64,000 nt of DNA from Nemertoderma westbladi. Its lineage: Eukaryota > Animalia > Xenacoelomorpha. Made by a program: the position numbers and the translations under genes. Each line of letters opens with the position of its first letter. Within the stretch, counting starts at the first letter, position 1. The DNA is taken from the NCBI GenBank assembly GCA_032718475.1, contig JAUCBJ010005486.1, positions 238 to 64,237 on the forward strand, given 5' to 3'. Positions 23,771 through 37,855 of this stretch are shown one piece after another. Below the pieces are notes generated by a model, which was given only the letters and a program-made list of their open reading frames with translations, was not told where the DNA came from and did no database searches.

Positions 23771-25142
23771 TAGTGTTGCAGCGGGATCCCGATCCCGAAA
23801 GTCGGGATCCCGATGGAAAAATATCGGGATTTTTCGGGATTAACAATTTTCGGAATTTTATATCTGAATTTACTGTAGGCCTATATGCCCTGCAGCTTAA
23901 AATCTGTAAAATTTTTGCCAATAACAAAATAAAACATTTTTGGAGGACTTTCATTGGATGATTGATAGGGATGTGAGTCAGGTAATGTATGGGAATATCC
24001 TAGATATTTTTCCGGAAATTTCCTATTTATTTAATTTATTATATAAAGGTTACTAAGGATAGTTTCAATAGTAGGTCTACAGTAGGCCTAAATATTTACA
24101 GAAATATCCTCATATTAATTACATAAAATAGTTATAATAAGATATGAATTAAAAAAAAGATTATGACTTTGTGTTTTGTCAATTTCATAATTAACTATAT
24201 ATATGTTATATATTGATCGCAATTTCGGACATTTTTAATTTTAAATCTTTCACAATTTTACCTTCTGCTATTTTGTCAGTTTATACACATTCTGAATCTC
24301 AAAACACATAGGAAAACACAATTAGAGTAAACATTGGAAACAAGTGATTCCTGTTTGGTTGTGTTGGGCTGGTTCCGTGGTTCGTTGTCTATTGGCTCTT
24401 GGGTCGTAAATTCGGGTGAAGTATACTTTTCCGGAAATTGAAAAAACATATTTCCGGAAAACTCACATTCCTAATAGTCGAGTAGACGCTTGGTACATTT
24501 TACTGACGAACCATTCTCCAGCGTATGACTGCAATTTTATTTGCTCATTGTTGTTCCACATAATAACAATACATTTTCGCTATAAAGACTTTGGGAAAGG
24601 TTGAGCAATTTTTTTGATTGCCGTTTGTTTGGCGGGTAATTGGTTATTGGTAATTGTTTGGCGGTATAATGATTGATGAAGGATAGATTAATTTACATGA
24701 TTTATAATTGATTTCTGAATCTGAATTTATATCTGAAATTCATTCATTAAATATATTAAAGTCATGATAGTACAAAGTCATAAGTCTATATATTATATTA
24801 TAAATAATATAAACACTGCTTGTTGTTTTTTATTGAATATGATAAACATTTTAATGTGGCAGCGTGCTGTAAATACTGTATATTAAAAATGTTGCAGAAA
24901 TTATATTAAACACGCATATGAAATGAAATACATGTCTGTGAACACTTTAAAAAAAAGTCACTGGACATTTTTACATATCTAGGCATTATTTAGTACGTCA
25001 TGAGATTTATCGAATGTTATTTTTACTCCAATAAAGATGGCAGGGCGGATAGCTATACTTTAAGTTTTGGATGAGTATGGTCGCAAAAAAATCCCGATCT
25101 CAATACCGAAAATTGTGGCTCCCGATCCCGTTTCAAACACTA
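23771..25142. mobile_element. hAT non-autonomous element with perfect 8-bp TSD
   Basis: TAGTGTT..CGGGATC / GATCCCG..AACACTA termini; TSD GTGTACAT at 23763-23770 and 25143-25150. Confidence 0.85.
23966..24473. mobile_element. hAT-like MITE nested in 23771-25142
   Basis: TIR TAGGGATGTGAGT / ACTCACATTCCTA. Confidence 0.7.
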
Positions 25143-26211
25143 GTGTACATTTATGAATACAAGTCTGTCTGTCTGTCGTGTTATGTCATTATATCTATCG
25201 GGATCGGACATCAAAATAAGTAATAATAAAGAAGCCCGTCCCGGTACCCAAGGTTGAAAATTTCACTAATTTTAAAATTATAAATACTGTACCGTTTTGT
25301 GATCAGCTTTAGTAGGAGGTTTATTGTAAGCAAAATATTTTTACGACCGATACGGGGCGCTACAAAAGCAAGACACGTAAACGCGATAACTCGACTAAAC
25401 GACCAGAGATTTAACACATTGAAAGATATACTGTATATCATACTGTGGTTGTTACTGTATCAGTACCGTGTAAGCTACAGTAATACAGTTGTGAGCACAG
25501 CGCGATATGTGAATGAGACAAGTACAGTACTGTTGTAGGCCCAACTATGATGTGTGACACTTGTATATTAAGAAGAACTACTATCTATAGTAGGTCATGT
25601 AAGAACCGAGTCCATATAATAAACCCACAGTGAATTACACGAGTGGGGCCTTCGTGCCGCAAAAGCTGCAAGTCATCTTAGCAAACAATTATAATTATAC
25701 TATGGCTAGTTATATATTTTTTTCCGACACACATACACACACCCCCACACACCCTTTTAGATAACGGCCATAGTATAATTATAACAGTTCGCTGATGGTT
25801 CGCTCGCCCCACAAAATGTGAACGAATAAATTGTTTTTCACCGGTATCATTTAGTGTATGGTGGTTAGGTTAGGGTCAGTGTGCGATACATACCTGTATG
25901 TTGAGCATGTTTTCATATATATGTTTAAAACCGGTATCATTAGTGTATGGCGGTTAGGTTACGGTGCGATACATACCTGCATTTGTTGAGCATGTTTTCA
26001 TAAATATGTTTTTTGTTTATGTCATTTATGTGTTGTTTTTTGATGGCCTTTGGGCTGAGTACTACTTTGGGCGTAATGTCCTGATTCTATGTTTTTTGTT
26101 AGTTTGGGGGGTATAAGACTCTAGGCTCTTACAATTAGATTATATAATACATTGTTTTAGTTGATAGAATGGTAGGTGCTAGAATTAGTAGGTCTACACT
26201 GCTGCACTTAC

Positions 26212-26368
26212 CGTCTATAATGAGATCGACTTTGAATTCGCACTGGCCTGCTCTATTCCTGGCCTGGCAGGTGTAGGTACCACTGTCTGACGGTCGGCAG
26301 TATGGAATCAGTAACGAATGTGTTCCGTCTTCCTTTATTATCGTCTTATGGTTGCCATCAGACTCGAC
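26212..26368 (-). CDS. TTN: Titin-like exon (Ig C-half: VESDGNHKTIIKEDGTHSLLIPYCRPSDSGTYTCQARNRAG)
   Basis: AG acceptor, GTAAGT donor, phase 0/1. Resembles titin 'HKVVIKEDGTQSLII..PSDSG..AQNRAG' (recalled). Confidence 0.88.
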
Positions 26369-26733
26369 CTTAATGAATTATGTATTAAAATATCGAAAGT
26401 GGTAATAATAATTATCTTTATAGCTGAAATAGCTGCATTGATGTACCAGAACTTACTCTTAAAAATAAAACATAAACAGAACAAGAGGAAGTGGAAGTGG
26501 AACCTGGGGCCTTTATATGGGTCACGTGTGCAGTATGTTATGGCATACATGTATTATCAATATCAGCTGGTCACCAGCTGATAAAAAAACAACATAATTC
26601 AACTATCGTATTAAATCGATCAATGATAGCAATCGAAATAATTCTAGTACAGACTTCCCAGCCTATGACACCGTAAGAATTATTTCTGGTTACATTTATC
26701 TAACTTACTCGTACATCAAGACCGTTGCTCGTT

Positions 26734-29700
26734 ATGTCTGACACTGGTGATGAAAACGGTCAAGACCCAGATGTGGAGGCGATTCTAGCAAGGCTCATCA
26801 ACTCAAGGAATTCGTCGCACATCGACCCTGGTTGTCAACTCATTACCCGACATCGAGACAATTAACGTTTTGGATGAAGCCATCAAAAGGAGCAAAATTA
26901 AGACTCTACTATCATACAGAGATCGCCTGGGATCACTCAATGAAGAAATATGGTGCCGCTCTTCCGAACACTGCATCAACTCCGACACCCCGAAAGCTGT
27001 CGGATCCGAGGTAAAACTTTCAGATACTATATCTCATTTGGAATTGTCAATGCAGCCCCATACTGTGCCGGTTCAACACGCTTACAATGTATCTACTGTA
27101 GGCGTAGGTAATAATAATTTGTCATTTGGTAATCAATCATCGACTACCAGTCATTTTGAAACTGATAGTTATTTTGCTCGTTCAGTTCTACCAAAATTAA
27201 AACCGCCAACTTTCGATGGCAATCCGTTAGAGTTTAATGGATGGCATGATGCCTTTATATCTGCCGTCCATGACTCAGGTATACCTTAAGTATTTAAATT
27301 TCAACATTTAAAACAGCCTTAAGTGGTGCGGCTGAAACCCATATAAAGGGTCTACCTATTTCTCCCGAGAAAGATTAGAAATGTTAAAAAATGAATTTGG
27401 AAATAAAAATCGTATTATTAGGTGTCACATTGGAGAGTTACGTAATATTACTTCAAAACTAAGCAGCACGCCTTCATTAAGGAAAATTTATGATACTTGC
27501 AATACAAACATTCGAGCCTTAACCGCAAAATTCGCGTAAAAAAAAACGCGTAAAATTCCTGACCAATACCAGCTAATGGTTGTCCCTGACATACTGAAAG
27601 CATTACCTAGAGAATTGACAAAGATACTTTTTAAGAAAGCAAGCAATAACATAGAAGACCTAAATTGGCTCATGACCAAATTGAAAAACGAACTGGACAC
27701 TGAGGACGCACTTGACGACTTAAGGGGGGGGGGGGGGTATACCCCCCCATGAACCTTTTTTTAAAGTGGCTGTCAATTAGTGTTAAATGATAATATTGCT
27801 ATTTTGTCATGGTCAACCACTGTATGGAAGGCCAAATAGCCTTTATAGTAAAATTTGAAATTTTTTAGCCTCCCCCTAGCGGCTGGCGGTGGAATTCAAG
27901 ATTTCACTAAAAATGCTACTAGTCCCTCAATTTTGGTCCAAATTTCTTGAAACCACCTTTTTTGGACTCAGCGTGATCGACTCTACAAAAGTTATCTTAT
28001 AGAATTTTTAATTAGCCAATTTTATTCTAATTAATTAATTTAATTAATTAATTATCATATTTTTAATTAAAAATGGCAAATTAGAAAAAATCTTAATATT
28101 TATCAAAATTCCATAAGATAACTTTTAAAGAGCTTCCAAAACTCGTTCGAATGAGCCATAAACGAAGAAAATTGGTTCAAAAATGACGGAGGAGTAGTAA
28201 TTTGAAAATGAAAAATGTCATTCCGAGAAAATGCCCTTCAAAGTTTAAACCGTCCCGCCAAAATTGTCTGTCTGTGGTCTGTTTGGTTAATTATTTCTGG
28301 CACGAAGGATTCACACCAATGAGCTAAAATGTTCATTACGGGGGTTTTCGGGGTCGCTGATTTCATTTCCGATGTCAGTTTTAATTTTTGAAGGAATCTA
28401 GTCTATCTGTCTGTCTGTCGGTCTTCTGTCTTTCTTACAATTTGACGGACAGACCGTCATACGGAAAAACAGTGATAACTCGAGAACTGAAATAGATCTC
28501 ACTAAGCGGTTTTCAGATTTGTAATCCTCATTAAATTCTGATCTAGGTGAAATAAAGAAACAATAATTTGAAAATTTTACCTGAGGGGGGGTATACCCCC
28601 CCCCCTTAAGTAAGGTTAGTTTAAGCAGCAATGATAAATTTATTAAACAACATTACAATCCACAACAACCTACAGCGTCCAATTTTGTAATCCAAGCAGG
28701 TAAATCATCATTTATCCAGAGGGGACGCACTTAATCAGCCTATCATAAAGGTTTGTCCGGTTCATGGTCATCAAAATCATCAGCAAGAGGTCACTCATCC
28801 ACTGCATCACATATTGCAACATCATATACACCAAAATGTATTTTCTGTAACCAACACCATTTTCGGCAAACTGTCATATTGCCATCAATGTCGCTGAACG
28901 TAGGAAAGTTCTTGTCAGTCACAAATTATGTTTCATCTGCTTAGGATCTGGTCATGAAGCAAGAAGTTGTCACCGAAATCGCACATGTTACCATTGTAAG
29001 TCATAATATCACCATACTGCCATTTGCAATAGTGTTTCAACCACAAGCAATGCTGGTTGCTAGAGAAGTAGCACCTGGTATTGGATCCTTCCAGAGCATG
29101 GCCTTGAACGAGTCTAGTTCATCTCACACAATGACAACACCTGTTTTTCATGTAGAATCATCAGAAACTACACTGTTACAAACAGCAGTATTATACAATG
29201 TCAGACAAACAATGACACTACCATTACCTCATTCATTATTTGATTGTGGTAGTCAGGAAACGTTCATCACTCGTCATTATGCTGAACGGAACAATTTGCC
29301 AGTCATCGGTAGAAATTACACACTGTTCTAGGATTCGGTGGTAAGGTAGTTTATTCTGGGTATTTTGATAAAACCCGTTTGAGTTTGGTTCTGAGAAATG
29401 GATGTTCAACTCATCTCACAGCTCTCATAACACATACGATATGTAATCCTCTACATATCTCAGCTGTAGCATCATCATGGACCTCTCATCTACATTTAAG
29501 GGCATCAGATTTGGCAGACTCAACTTTGAGTTCATCAAATCCAGGAGACAGATACGCTGTCGATTTGCTGATTGGCGCAGATCAGTACTGGTATTTCGTA
29601 AGTGGAACCCTCATTCGTTCAACCAACTCTAGCTTTGTAGCGATTGATAGTTGGTTCGGTTTTCTTTTGTCAGGTAAACTGACATCTAGTGAGAATTCAT

Positions 29701-32700
29701 CACCCAACTCATTCCTTAGTAACGTTGGATTTAATAGTCTTTTTGTAGGCAGTACAAATGATGATGAGTCATTAAATGACATTCTAAAAGCATTCTGGTC
29801 CATTGAGAGTGCATGTATCTCTGAACGTGACAATATTGATCTAGAGAATTCTGTATTAAAGGAAATATGCATAGTTAACAATTTTTACACTGTTTCGCTG
29901 CCATGGAAAATCAACCCAAATATCCTAAGCGATAATTTACAACATTGTCAATGAAGTCTCTCAGTATTGTTAAAACGCCTTTCAAAAACGGGTATTCTTG
30001 ATCGGTATGATGCGGGATTAAAGGACCATTTTGACAAGCGTTATATTGAAAAGGTTGACCATATTGAAACACACACCAACACACCAACACACGATCAGAC
30101 ACACAACCGCACTATATACCTCACCATGGAGTGCTAAAGGAAAGCAAGGAAAGCACCAAGCTAAGAATTGTTTTCAATGCATCGTTTAAATCATCCCCAT
30201 CTAATCTTTCCAACAATAATTGCCTTCATTCAGGCCCCAACTTGATTTCTAACTTGATAAATAACTTATTACATTTCCGCTTCTACAATATCGGTGTAAC
30301 AGCAGACATTGAGCAAGCATTTCTTCGTTGTCAAATAGTGGAATCTGATAGAAACTTCTTAAGATTCCTATGGCTTAAGGATATTTCTACAGATTTGCTT
30401 ATAAGCAAAGATAATCTTCAAGCTTATCGTTATACAAGAGCTTTGTTTGGGCTGACTCCATCACCATATATCTTATTGCAGACTACTGCACATCATCTAG
30501 ATAAGCAGCAATTATTAACACCTCTTGACTTTGTTGACAATATGTCAATACGTCTTCGTAAGTTGATGATTGATGATTTGACTACTGGTGTTGATTCGGT
30601 TGATGAACGAATTCAGCTACAACGTCGCTGCAAATTCATCATGGCCAAAGGGAATTTCAACATCCGTCGTTGGAAGAGTAATAACTTACAACTTCAACAT
30701 GCATTTACAGAATTTTACAAGGAATTCACTCAAAATAATAGCATTGAATCATTAGTGTCATCATTATCATCCAGCATGTTAGCAAACATAATCGAAGATC
30801 CTGATTCAATTGCTAAATCATCACTTGGATTACCAACAAACGACACAGATATCAGTTCATCGACATCTAGAGTGCTAGGACAATTGTGGGACTTGCTATG
30901 ACTTTACTGTTGTGTATGATTTCCTACAAAACACCAAACCCACAAAACGCAGCATACTTATGTTATATGCTCGCCTATTTGATCCATTAGGAATATTAGC
31001 ACCATTTACCGGACCAATAAAGGCGCTATTTCAAACACTTTGCCAGGATGCCCAACCATGGGATACTCCATTAAATTCAGATTTCCTCTCATTGTGGCAC
31101 AAATGTGTACAAGGTCTTCTCATTCTGAAAGGAATTTCAGTGCCACGATGTTTCTTCTTACCATTTCGGACTATATCCAGTATTGAAATTCATGGTTTTG
31201 CCGATGCAAGTCTTAAACTCTATGCAGCAGTTATTTACGCTTATTTTCGCTCACTGTAAAAAGGCAATTCAGTTAGCTTAGCGTATCATTAGTATCATGA
31301 AGAACAAAGGTATGTCCACAAGGCAAAAAACACCAGAATAAGAGCACAAAGGATCAGCGGGATCATTCAGAAGAACCACAGTCAATTCCAAGGTTAGAGT
31401 TATTAGGAGCATTCATCACTGCACATCTGATGAAGTTTGTTCTAAATGCGTTGCCAATAGTCAGCAGTAACGTTGTTGTATTCTGGAGTGATGACCTTGA
31501 CGTGTTGTACTGGATTAAGGACTAAATCATCACTGGAAAACCTTCATGAAAAATAGGGTAAAAGTAATATGATCCATTACATCAGAATTAAATGGTTCAT
31601 GGAGATATGTCCCAAGTGAAATTAATCCTGCCGACATTCCCACAAAAGGAATGTCCCCAAACCACTTCTTCTCATCTGAGAAGAAGTGGTTCGAAGGTCC
31701 TCCCTTTCTACATGGCCACAATGTCCAATCAACTTTGACTCGACCCCATCAATCAGCAAATAGTCTTAAAGAAATAAAGTCTCATAGCACAGAATCGAAC
31801 ACACGTATCACAACATCAACTGAATACTCTATAACAAATGTCATCAATTACAGAGATTACAGTGCAAAGTCAAATGCAATTCGTAGCTTAGCATGGATTT
31901 CACGGTTTATTAATAAAATAAAATCAAAATTAGCAAAAGAATTCCCACTCCTAGACTCACAATTATTAACGACAAATGAGTTACAGAGAGCCGAGGTACA
32001 GTATATCAAACATGTTCAACTGAATCATTTTCATATAGAGATCGAGTACTTACAAAACAGTAAACATTTAAAGTGCCCAAACTTAGTACAACAGCTAAAC
32101 CTCTTTCTAGACTGTGACGGGATTCTGCGCACAAAAGGCAGAGCAGTAAGTCAAACCATTCCATGGTGTACACAGAATCCGATTCTCCTTCCATCCTCAG
32201 ATCATTTCACAAAATTGATAGTACTCGATGCTCATTATATCGTAATGCATTCACGTGTTCGTGACACATTAGTTCAGTTGCGCGAAATGTATTGGATATC
32301 TCGTGCAAGATAAGTTATTCAGGGAATCAGAAGTAAATGCGTTATCTGCAAACGTATCCAAGGGAAACCATATCCAAAACCTCAAACAAGTCCACTTCCT
32401 CTAGAGCGATTAGAGTCAAACTTAAATGCGTTTTCACACACTGGAATTGATTTCTGTGGCCCGATAAATATAGTAAACAACTTGTATGACCCATCCAATT
32501 CTTCCATTAAAGTCCACATCTGTGTATTTACATGTGCGGTTATACGCGCCATTCACTTGGAGTTAGTTCCTAGTTTGCATGTCAGTAGTTTCATTCAAGC
32601 ATTTCGACGATTCATTGGTAGACGAGGCATTCAATTAGTAATTTTTAGTGACAATGCCTCAACATTTAAACGTTCATCGTCTGAACTTCGCATTTACAAT

Positions 32701-34500
32701 AAGTTTCTTAACCACGATTTGGTTAAACGTGAGTTTGGTGACTTAGTGTCACTTGGCTGTTTAACATTGCGAGATATCCATCGGGTTATGGCTTTATTGA
32801 GAGATGTGTAGGTCTCATCAGACCCAACTTCCGCAAAGTGATGGGTATAGCCACTCTGCAACACGTCGAAATGCAAACACTGTTAATATCTTGCGAGGCT
32901 GCTGTTAACAGTCGCCCATTGACTTTCGTATCATCTAACAATGATGAAAACTACAATCTACTTACTCCTAGTCACTTTCTCGTGGGCCATAGACTATGGG
33001 TCCTTCCAACATCATCAGCACGTGCAGATAATTTACGTTACCAAGAGAAAGCAGCTAACTTCTTTTGGGATAATTGGAAAAATGATTACGTTAGAGATTT
33101 ACGAGATAGACATCGCTACAAGGAACATAAATCGTCATCTTTTGTGAGTCCTGTCGTACTGGAAATTTTCTTATTGTACTACCTAGACTACCTAGATCAG
33201 CATTATGTCGCATTAATAAGTTGATTACCAAGTTTCAAGTATATAGATTTTCAAGTATATGTTGCAAAACGTGGACGACAAGCAACAATTCTTACGGGAT
33301 CCGTTCAACATATTATACCATTAGAGATTCAATCCGATGTGATTAACCTAATTCTCATAAAAGATGCTTGCAAACGGGAATCAAAATCGCTGGTAAGTTG
33401 TAAAAGTGACAAAATAAGTGACATAGTTGACTCTTCCAATGACAAACTTGACACAAAGTATACAACATAGACGATCTAGCCACACCTCCTTCAGTCGCCA
33501 GTACTCATACTGTACCGCGAGTGTTGCAGCACACTGACACATATTCCTATCACAATGATGATAGCAACAGCAGTCAAAATAAACCATCTAGATTACCGCG
33601 TGCTGCTAAGTCACATATTGTCCATGGTCATTACAAAATGGGAAAATAAATTCCCGTTTTGTTCGGATTTATCAATTATTTGGTGGAGGGTTTGTTAGTG
33701 TACAAATATTAAATTCATTATTATGAAACTGTAAATCTAATAATTGAAGGATTGTGATTATACTTACGATGTTGTTACACCCATCCAACACTGACTCTAA
33801 CAGAAAGCTGTTATTTTTTATCTGGATTACTGTATTCAAGATGATTTGTCATTATTTGTAGTGTTATCCAACATTATTTAGGATCATATTTTTTAAGCCG
33901 CACCACTCAAGGCTACATTATTTTTAGAAAGTTTAAATGTGCATTTAATTTTGTTGTAATTTTAATTGTCTCTCTTTGTCCAAGAGGGGAGTGTAGTGTA
34001 TTTCGTATTAGTACATTATTGACTCTGTAGGATATACATTATTGACTCTCTAGTTATTGGTATTTCCTTGATTTACACACCCCTGGCATTAGTTCGTATA
34101 CTTGCTTTGGTGTTACACAGCTGTATTGCTTTTAATGTTGCCTATATTGTAGGTAAAGGTTGTTTGTGATATTTTATTCTTTATTATACATTGTGATACT
34201 TTTAGTTTTTACATATTTTTCTTTATTGCATTTGGAGACCATCAGGGGTCCATTACAATTGCTTGGCCAACCAGTAGCTCCGACCAATCAGGGACGAGCT
34301 ACGGCCAATCAGCTATCAGAGCGATCCGATCCCTATTTGCATAAAGTCTGGCTAAGGGCCTGTTTTCTCACTTCCCTTATCTTCTTGCATCTTCACCCTC
34401 TGCTTGCGGAAGCCCCTGACTTTTACAACAATAAAAGTTTTTACATTTTTAGCGGCATTTTTAGCTGTAAATAAATAGTATTGCTGTATTTCTGCAATTT
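26734..34500 (+). mobile_element. BEL/Pao LTR retrotransposon relic (gag-PR-RT-RH-IN, many stops); candidate 3' LTR from 33992
   Basis: LPKLKPPTFDGN gag motif, CxxC knuckles, FDCGSQ protease, KLRIVFNAS/TADIEQAF RT, IHGFADAS RNase H, TCAVIRAIHLE/SDNA integrase. PPT AAGAGGGGAG followed by TGT. No 5' LTR recognised; right end approximate. Confidence 0.88.
27724..28605. mobile_element. Kolobok-like non-autonomous element (TTAA TSD) inside the Pao gag
   Basis: TTAA-GGGG..GTATACCCC and GGGGTATACCCC..-TTAA termini; same family as 36495-37276. Confidence 0.75.
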
Positions 34501-34870
34501 ATGTGATAACTTTTAACTTCTAACCGATTCTAACGATATAATATATAGTTCCGGCAGTTCTCAACGATCTCTACTTGTTTTTCACCTCAACTTCCCTTCC
34601 TATACATTCCACTTCATCGAACTCTTAACGGGAGGTGTCGAATAGCCCTCTCACTTTGGTAAGACCCGACGGAACAGGTGCAGTCTCCCCCTCTCCCTCT
34701 CTCAACTGCGCCGTTCCTCACAACGGGCATTAAACGGGCCTAACCCAAATGTAGTGGTCGTAGCGTCATGGGATCAGAGTCTACCACCAATAAATCAAAT
34801 ATAAGGAACAATATGCACTATTTTTAAGTTTCTAGTTGCCATGGGTAACTTTGACAAGAAACGGGCTATA

Positions 34871-36083
34871 GGGTGAGTGAGGGAGACTTGACTTTAGGGG
34901 AGACTTAATTTTTTTTTAATAACTCAAAAACTATTGTAAATTATTTAACAATCCAACACAAAAATGTGTAAAATACATGTTGGCTACACCCGCTCAACAA
35001 TGTTGTATTACCTTTTGGTTATTTTTTGTTTTATTGTCAATAAACGTTTTCTGGGTTCAAAAGTTAATTTTTGCCCTTAACAACGAATGAAAATTCGCAT
35101 CCTAATTTTACTGTTTGTTAATTGTAATTCACAACATGTGTTGACTAATTATTGCACTCTCCTGCCATATGTTGTTTTACAGTTTTGGTTCAGCCCTTTT
35201 GAAATTATATCAATTACTAGAAAAAAAGCCCATGTGGGGAGACATGACGCCCGAGTGTGAGGGAGACTTGAACCCACCAATGCTAACGTCTACATAGAGA
35301 TACACCCACGTAGAGAACCATTACACCAGAGCACTCCAACTAGTTGATTGACACTTACACCGAGGCAGCTATCAATGGATGGCTATGCTTCATGCAGTTA
35401 GGAGTAGGCCCTCTCTAGCTTGACTAAACCAAACCCAGCCAAGCCAACCAACAACTCTTACTTCCCTCTTTGCAATGTGGTAGCCCGCCAACTTGGTGAT
35501 TGACAACTTAAACGCTACGTCAGAAAGCGGCACACATCAATAGAATTACAGGAAAACAATTAAAATGCTCCTGGATTGAAAATTATACAAGATGTTTATT
35601 ATTAAAAAGTACCTTTCCGCGTTAAATCTTATTGCGGTTTTAATTAACTATTATTTATTTATTTCTTGTTAGGAGAACCATGTGAATGACCACCTAAATT
35701 TGTACAAAATTTGGGATAATAATTTGACAAATTAATAATCGTATTTTTTGCATTTTTGCTACTCTACTATAAAATAGACATTTTGAACATGTAATTATTA
35801 CACTTCTTCTGCATTTTTGAACGAATTTACAAGAATGTGAGGTGGGGTTCAAGTCTCCCACCCTAGGTGTCAAGTCTCCCCCCATTGAGGGAGACTTGAC
35901 GCTTTTTCGAAAATATGAATAATTGGTTTAATTAAAAAAGTTTAAGAGTTGAAATTCTCAAACTCTCACATAATGATAGCAATCATAAATGTAAGTTAAA
36001 AGTTAAAACGGCATTGAAAAATTCATTTATATGTTCTTTAGAGCGATTATAACTTTTGGGGTTCAGGTCTCCCTCACTCACCC
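34871..36083. mobile_element. MITE with TA TSD
   Basis: TA-GGGTGAGTGAGGGAGAC ... GTCTCCCTCACTCACCC-TA; internal GGGAGACTTGA repeats. Confidence 0.8.
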
Positions 36084-36494
36084 TATCTTAGCTGTAGGTC
36101 TAGCGTCTTCAAATCAACCTCCACCCCCACTATATCGAGTCCCATACGGAAACATACGCAATATGTTTTAGTTTCTAGATGCCATGGCAACTCGTCAGAT
36201 TTGTTGACAAAGTATTTTTCATATCACTTAGCTATTTTCACTATATAAAAAGGCGCATTTTGAAAGATAAGTTAGGTTTACATGATACATACTGTATATT
36301 TAAGAGATTACATTTGTCTTCACATATGCCCTATAACATTCTGAAATAAATGAAATTACATTGTGTTAAGAATCGCAATTAAGACAGTAATCAGTGCACA
36401 TGGTGTTATGTGCACTGATTACTGTTACTACGGTTAGGACTACAAGAACAGTTCATCGGTCAGCCGCTAGTGGGCTACATGTCTTAACATTTAA

Positions 36495-37276
36495 GGGGGG
36501 AGTACCACCCCCCCCCCCCCCCTGGACACTTTTTTAAATGCAGTATGGGCTGTTAAAATATGGCTAAACATTTGTTTTTTCGAAAAATTTTCAAATTTCC
36601 AGTCGCCCTTTAGCGGCCATTAAATGAAACAAGAATTGCAGTTAAAATGCTACAAGTCATTCAATTTTCGTTGAAATTGTCTGAGACCAATTGTTTTCGA
36701 ATTACGGAGGTGAGCTCTACCGGTTATCGGTTATAATTTTTAATTACCCTTTTTATGAAAATGAATTAATATTTATTAATATTTGGAAAAATTCCAACCG
36801 ATAACTTTTAAAGAAAAGCCGAAACCCTTTCGAATAAGCCAAAAATAAATAAAATTGGTTAAAAAATGGCGGAGGAGTAGAAATTTGAAAAATGAAAAAT
36901 GTCATTCCAAGATAATTGCCTTCAAAGTTTAAACCTTCCCGCCAGAACTGGCTGTCTGTGTTCTGGTTGGTAAATCATTTCTGCCATGATAGAAGAACAT
37001 CACCGGGATAAAACTTTTATTATGGGGGTTTTCGGGGTCGCTAATTTCATTACCGATGTCAGTTTTAAGTTTTGGTGGAATCTAGTCTGTCTGTCAGAGT
37101 CGGTTGTCTGTCTGTTTTAAAATTTGACTAACAGTCCGCCATACAGAAAAACAGCGATAACTTGAGAACTAAAAGAGGTTTCGCTAAGCGGTTTTCAGAT
37201 TTGAAATCCTAATTAAATTCTGCTATAGATTAAATCAAAAACACAGTTTAAATGTTAGCATGGGGGTACTTCCCCC
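36495..37276. mobile_element. Kolobok-like non-autonomous element (TTAA TSD)
   Basis: TTAA-GGGGGGAGTACC ... GGTACTTCCCCC-TTAA; internal homology to 27724-28605. Confidence 0.75.
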
Positions 37277-37855
37277 TTAAGTACTTCAAATTTCTTTGCT
37301 TTTACACCATTCTAGATGAAACTTGTGAGATATGTACTAGACATCATATAGAATTATCTCAAGTTTGCCGTTAGAGGGCGCAATGTCTAATAGTGAATTC
37401 TTCTCTCATTATTTATAATCCCTTCAATTGGAAACTTGTGAGATATGTACTAGAACACGGGGGACGGTAATCGATCTGCAGTTCTCCAGTCTACCGCTGG
37501 AGGGCGAGAACTCTGGAAATGATAATCTTCCCCAAATTTGTTGACCTTAATCCGTTAAGCTGAATCTTGGCTTGGCATAGACCACGTGCTGCCACTTTTT
37601 GAAGAGATTGATCGGCTCACAGTTCTCCAATCTGTCGCTAGAAGAAGCATATGCCATACGTAACATGGCAACCTCTCTTAACTTTCAAAAACGTAATGTT
37701 TGAAACTTATAAATACGAAGGCGCTCTTTCATATAGTGAAAACAGCTAAGCGATATGAATAATACCTTGTCAACAATTCTGACAAGTTTCCATGGAATCT
37801 AGAAACTAAAACATATTGCATAATTTTCCACATTCTCGATATAGTGGGGGTGGAG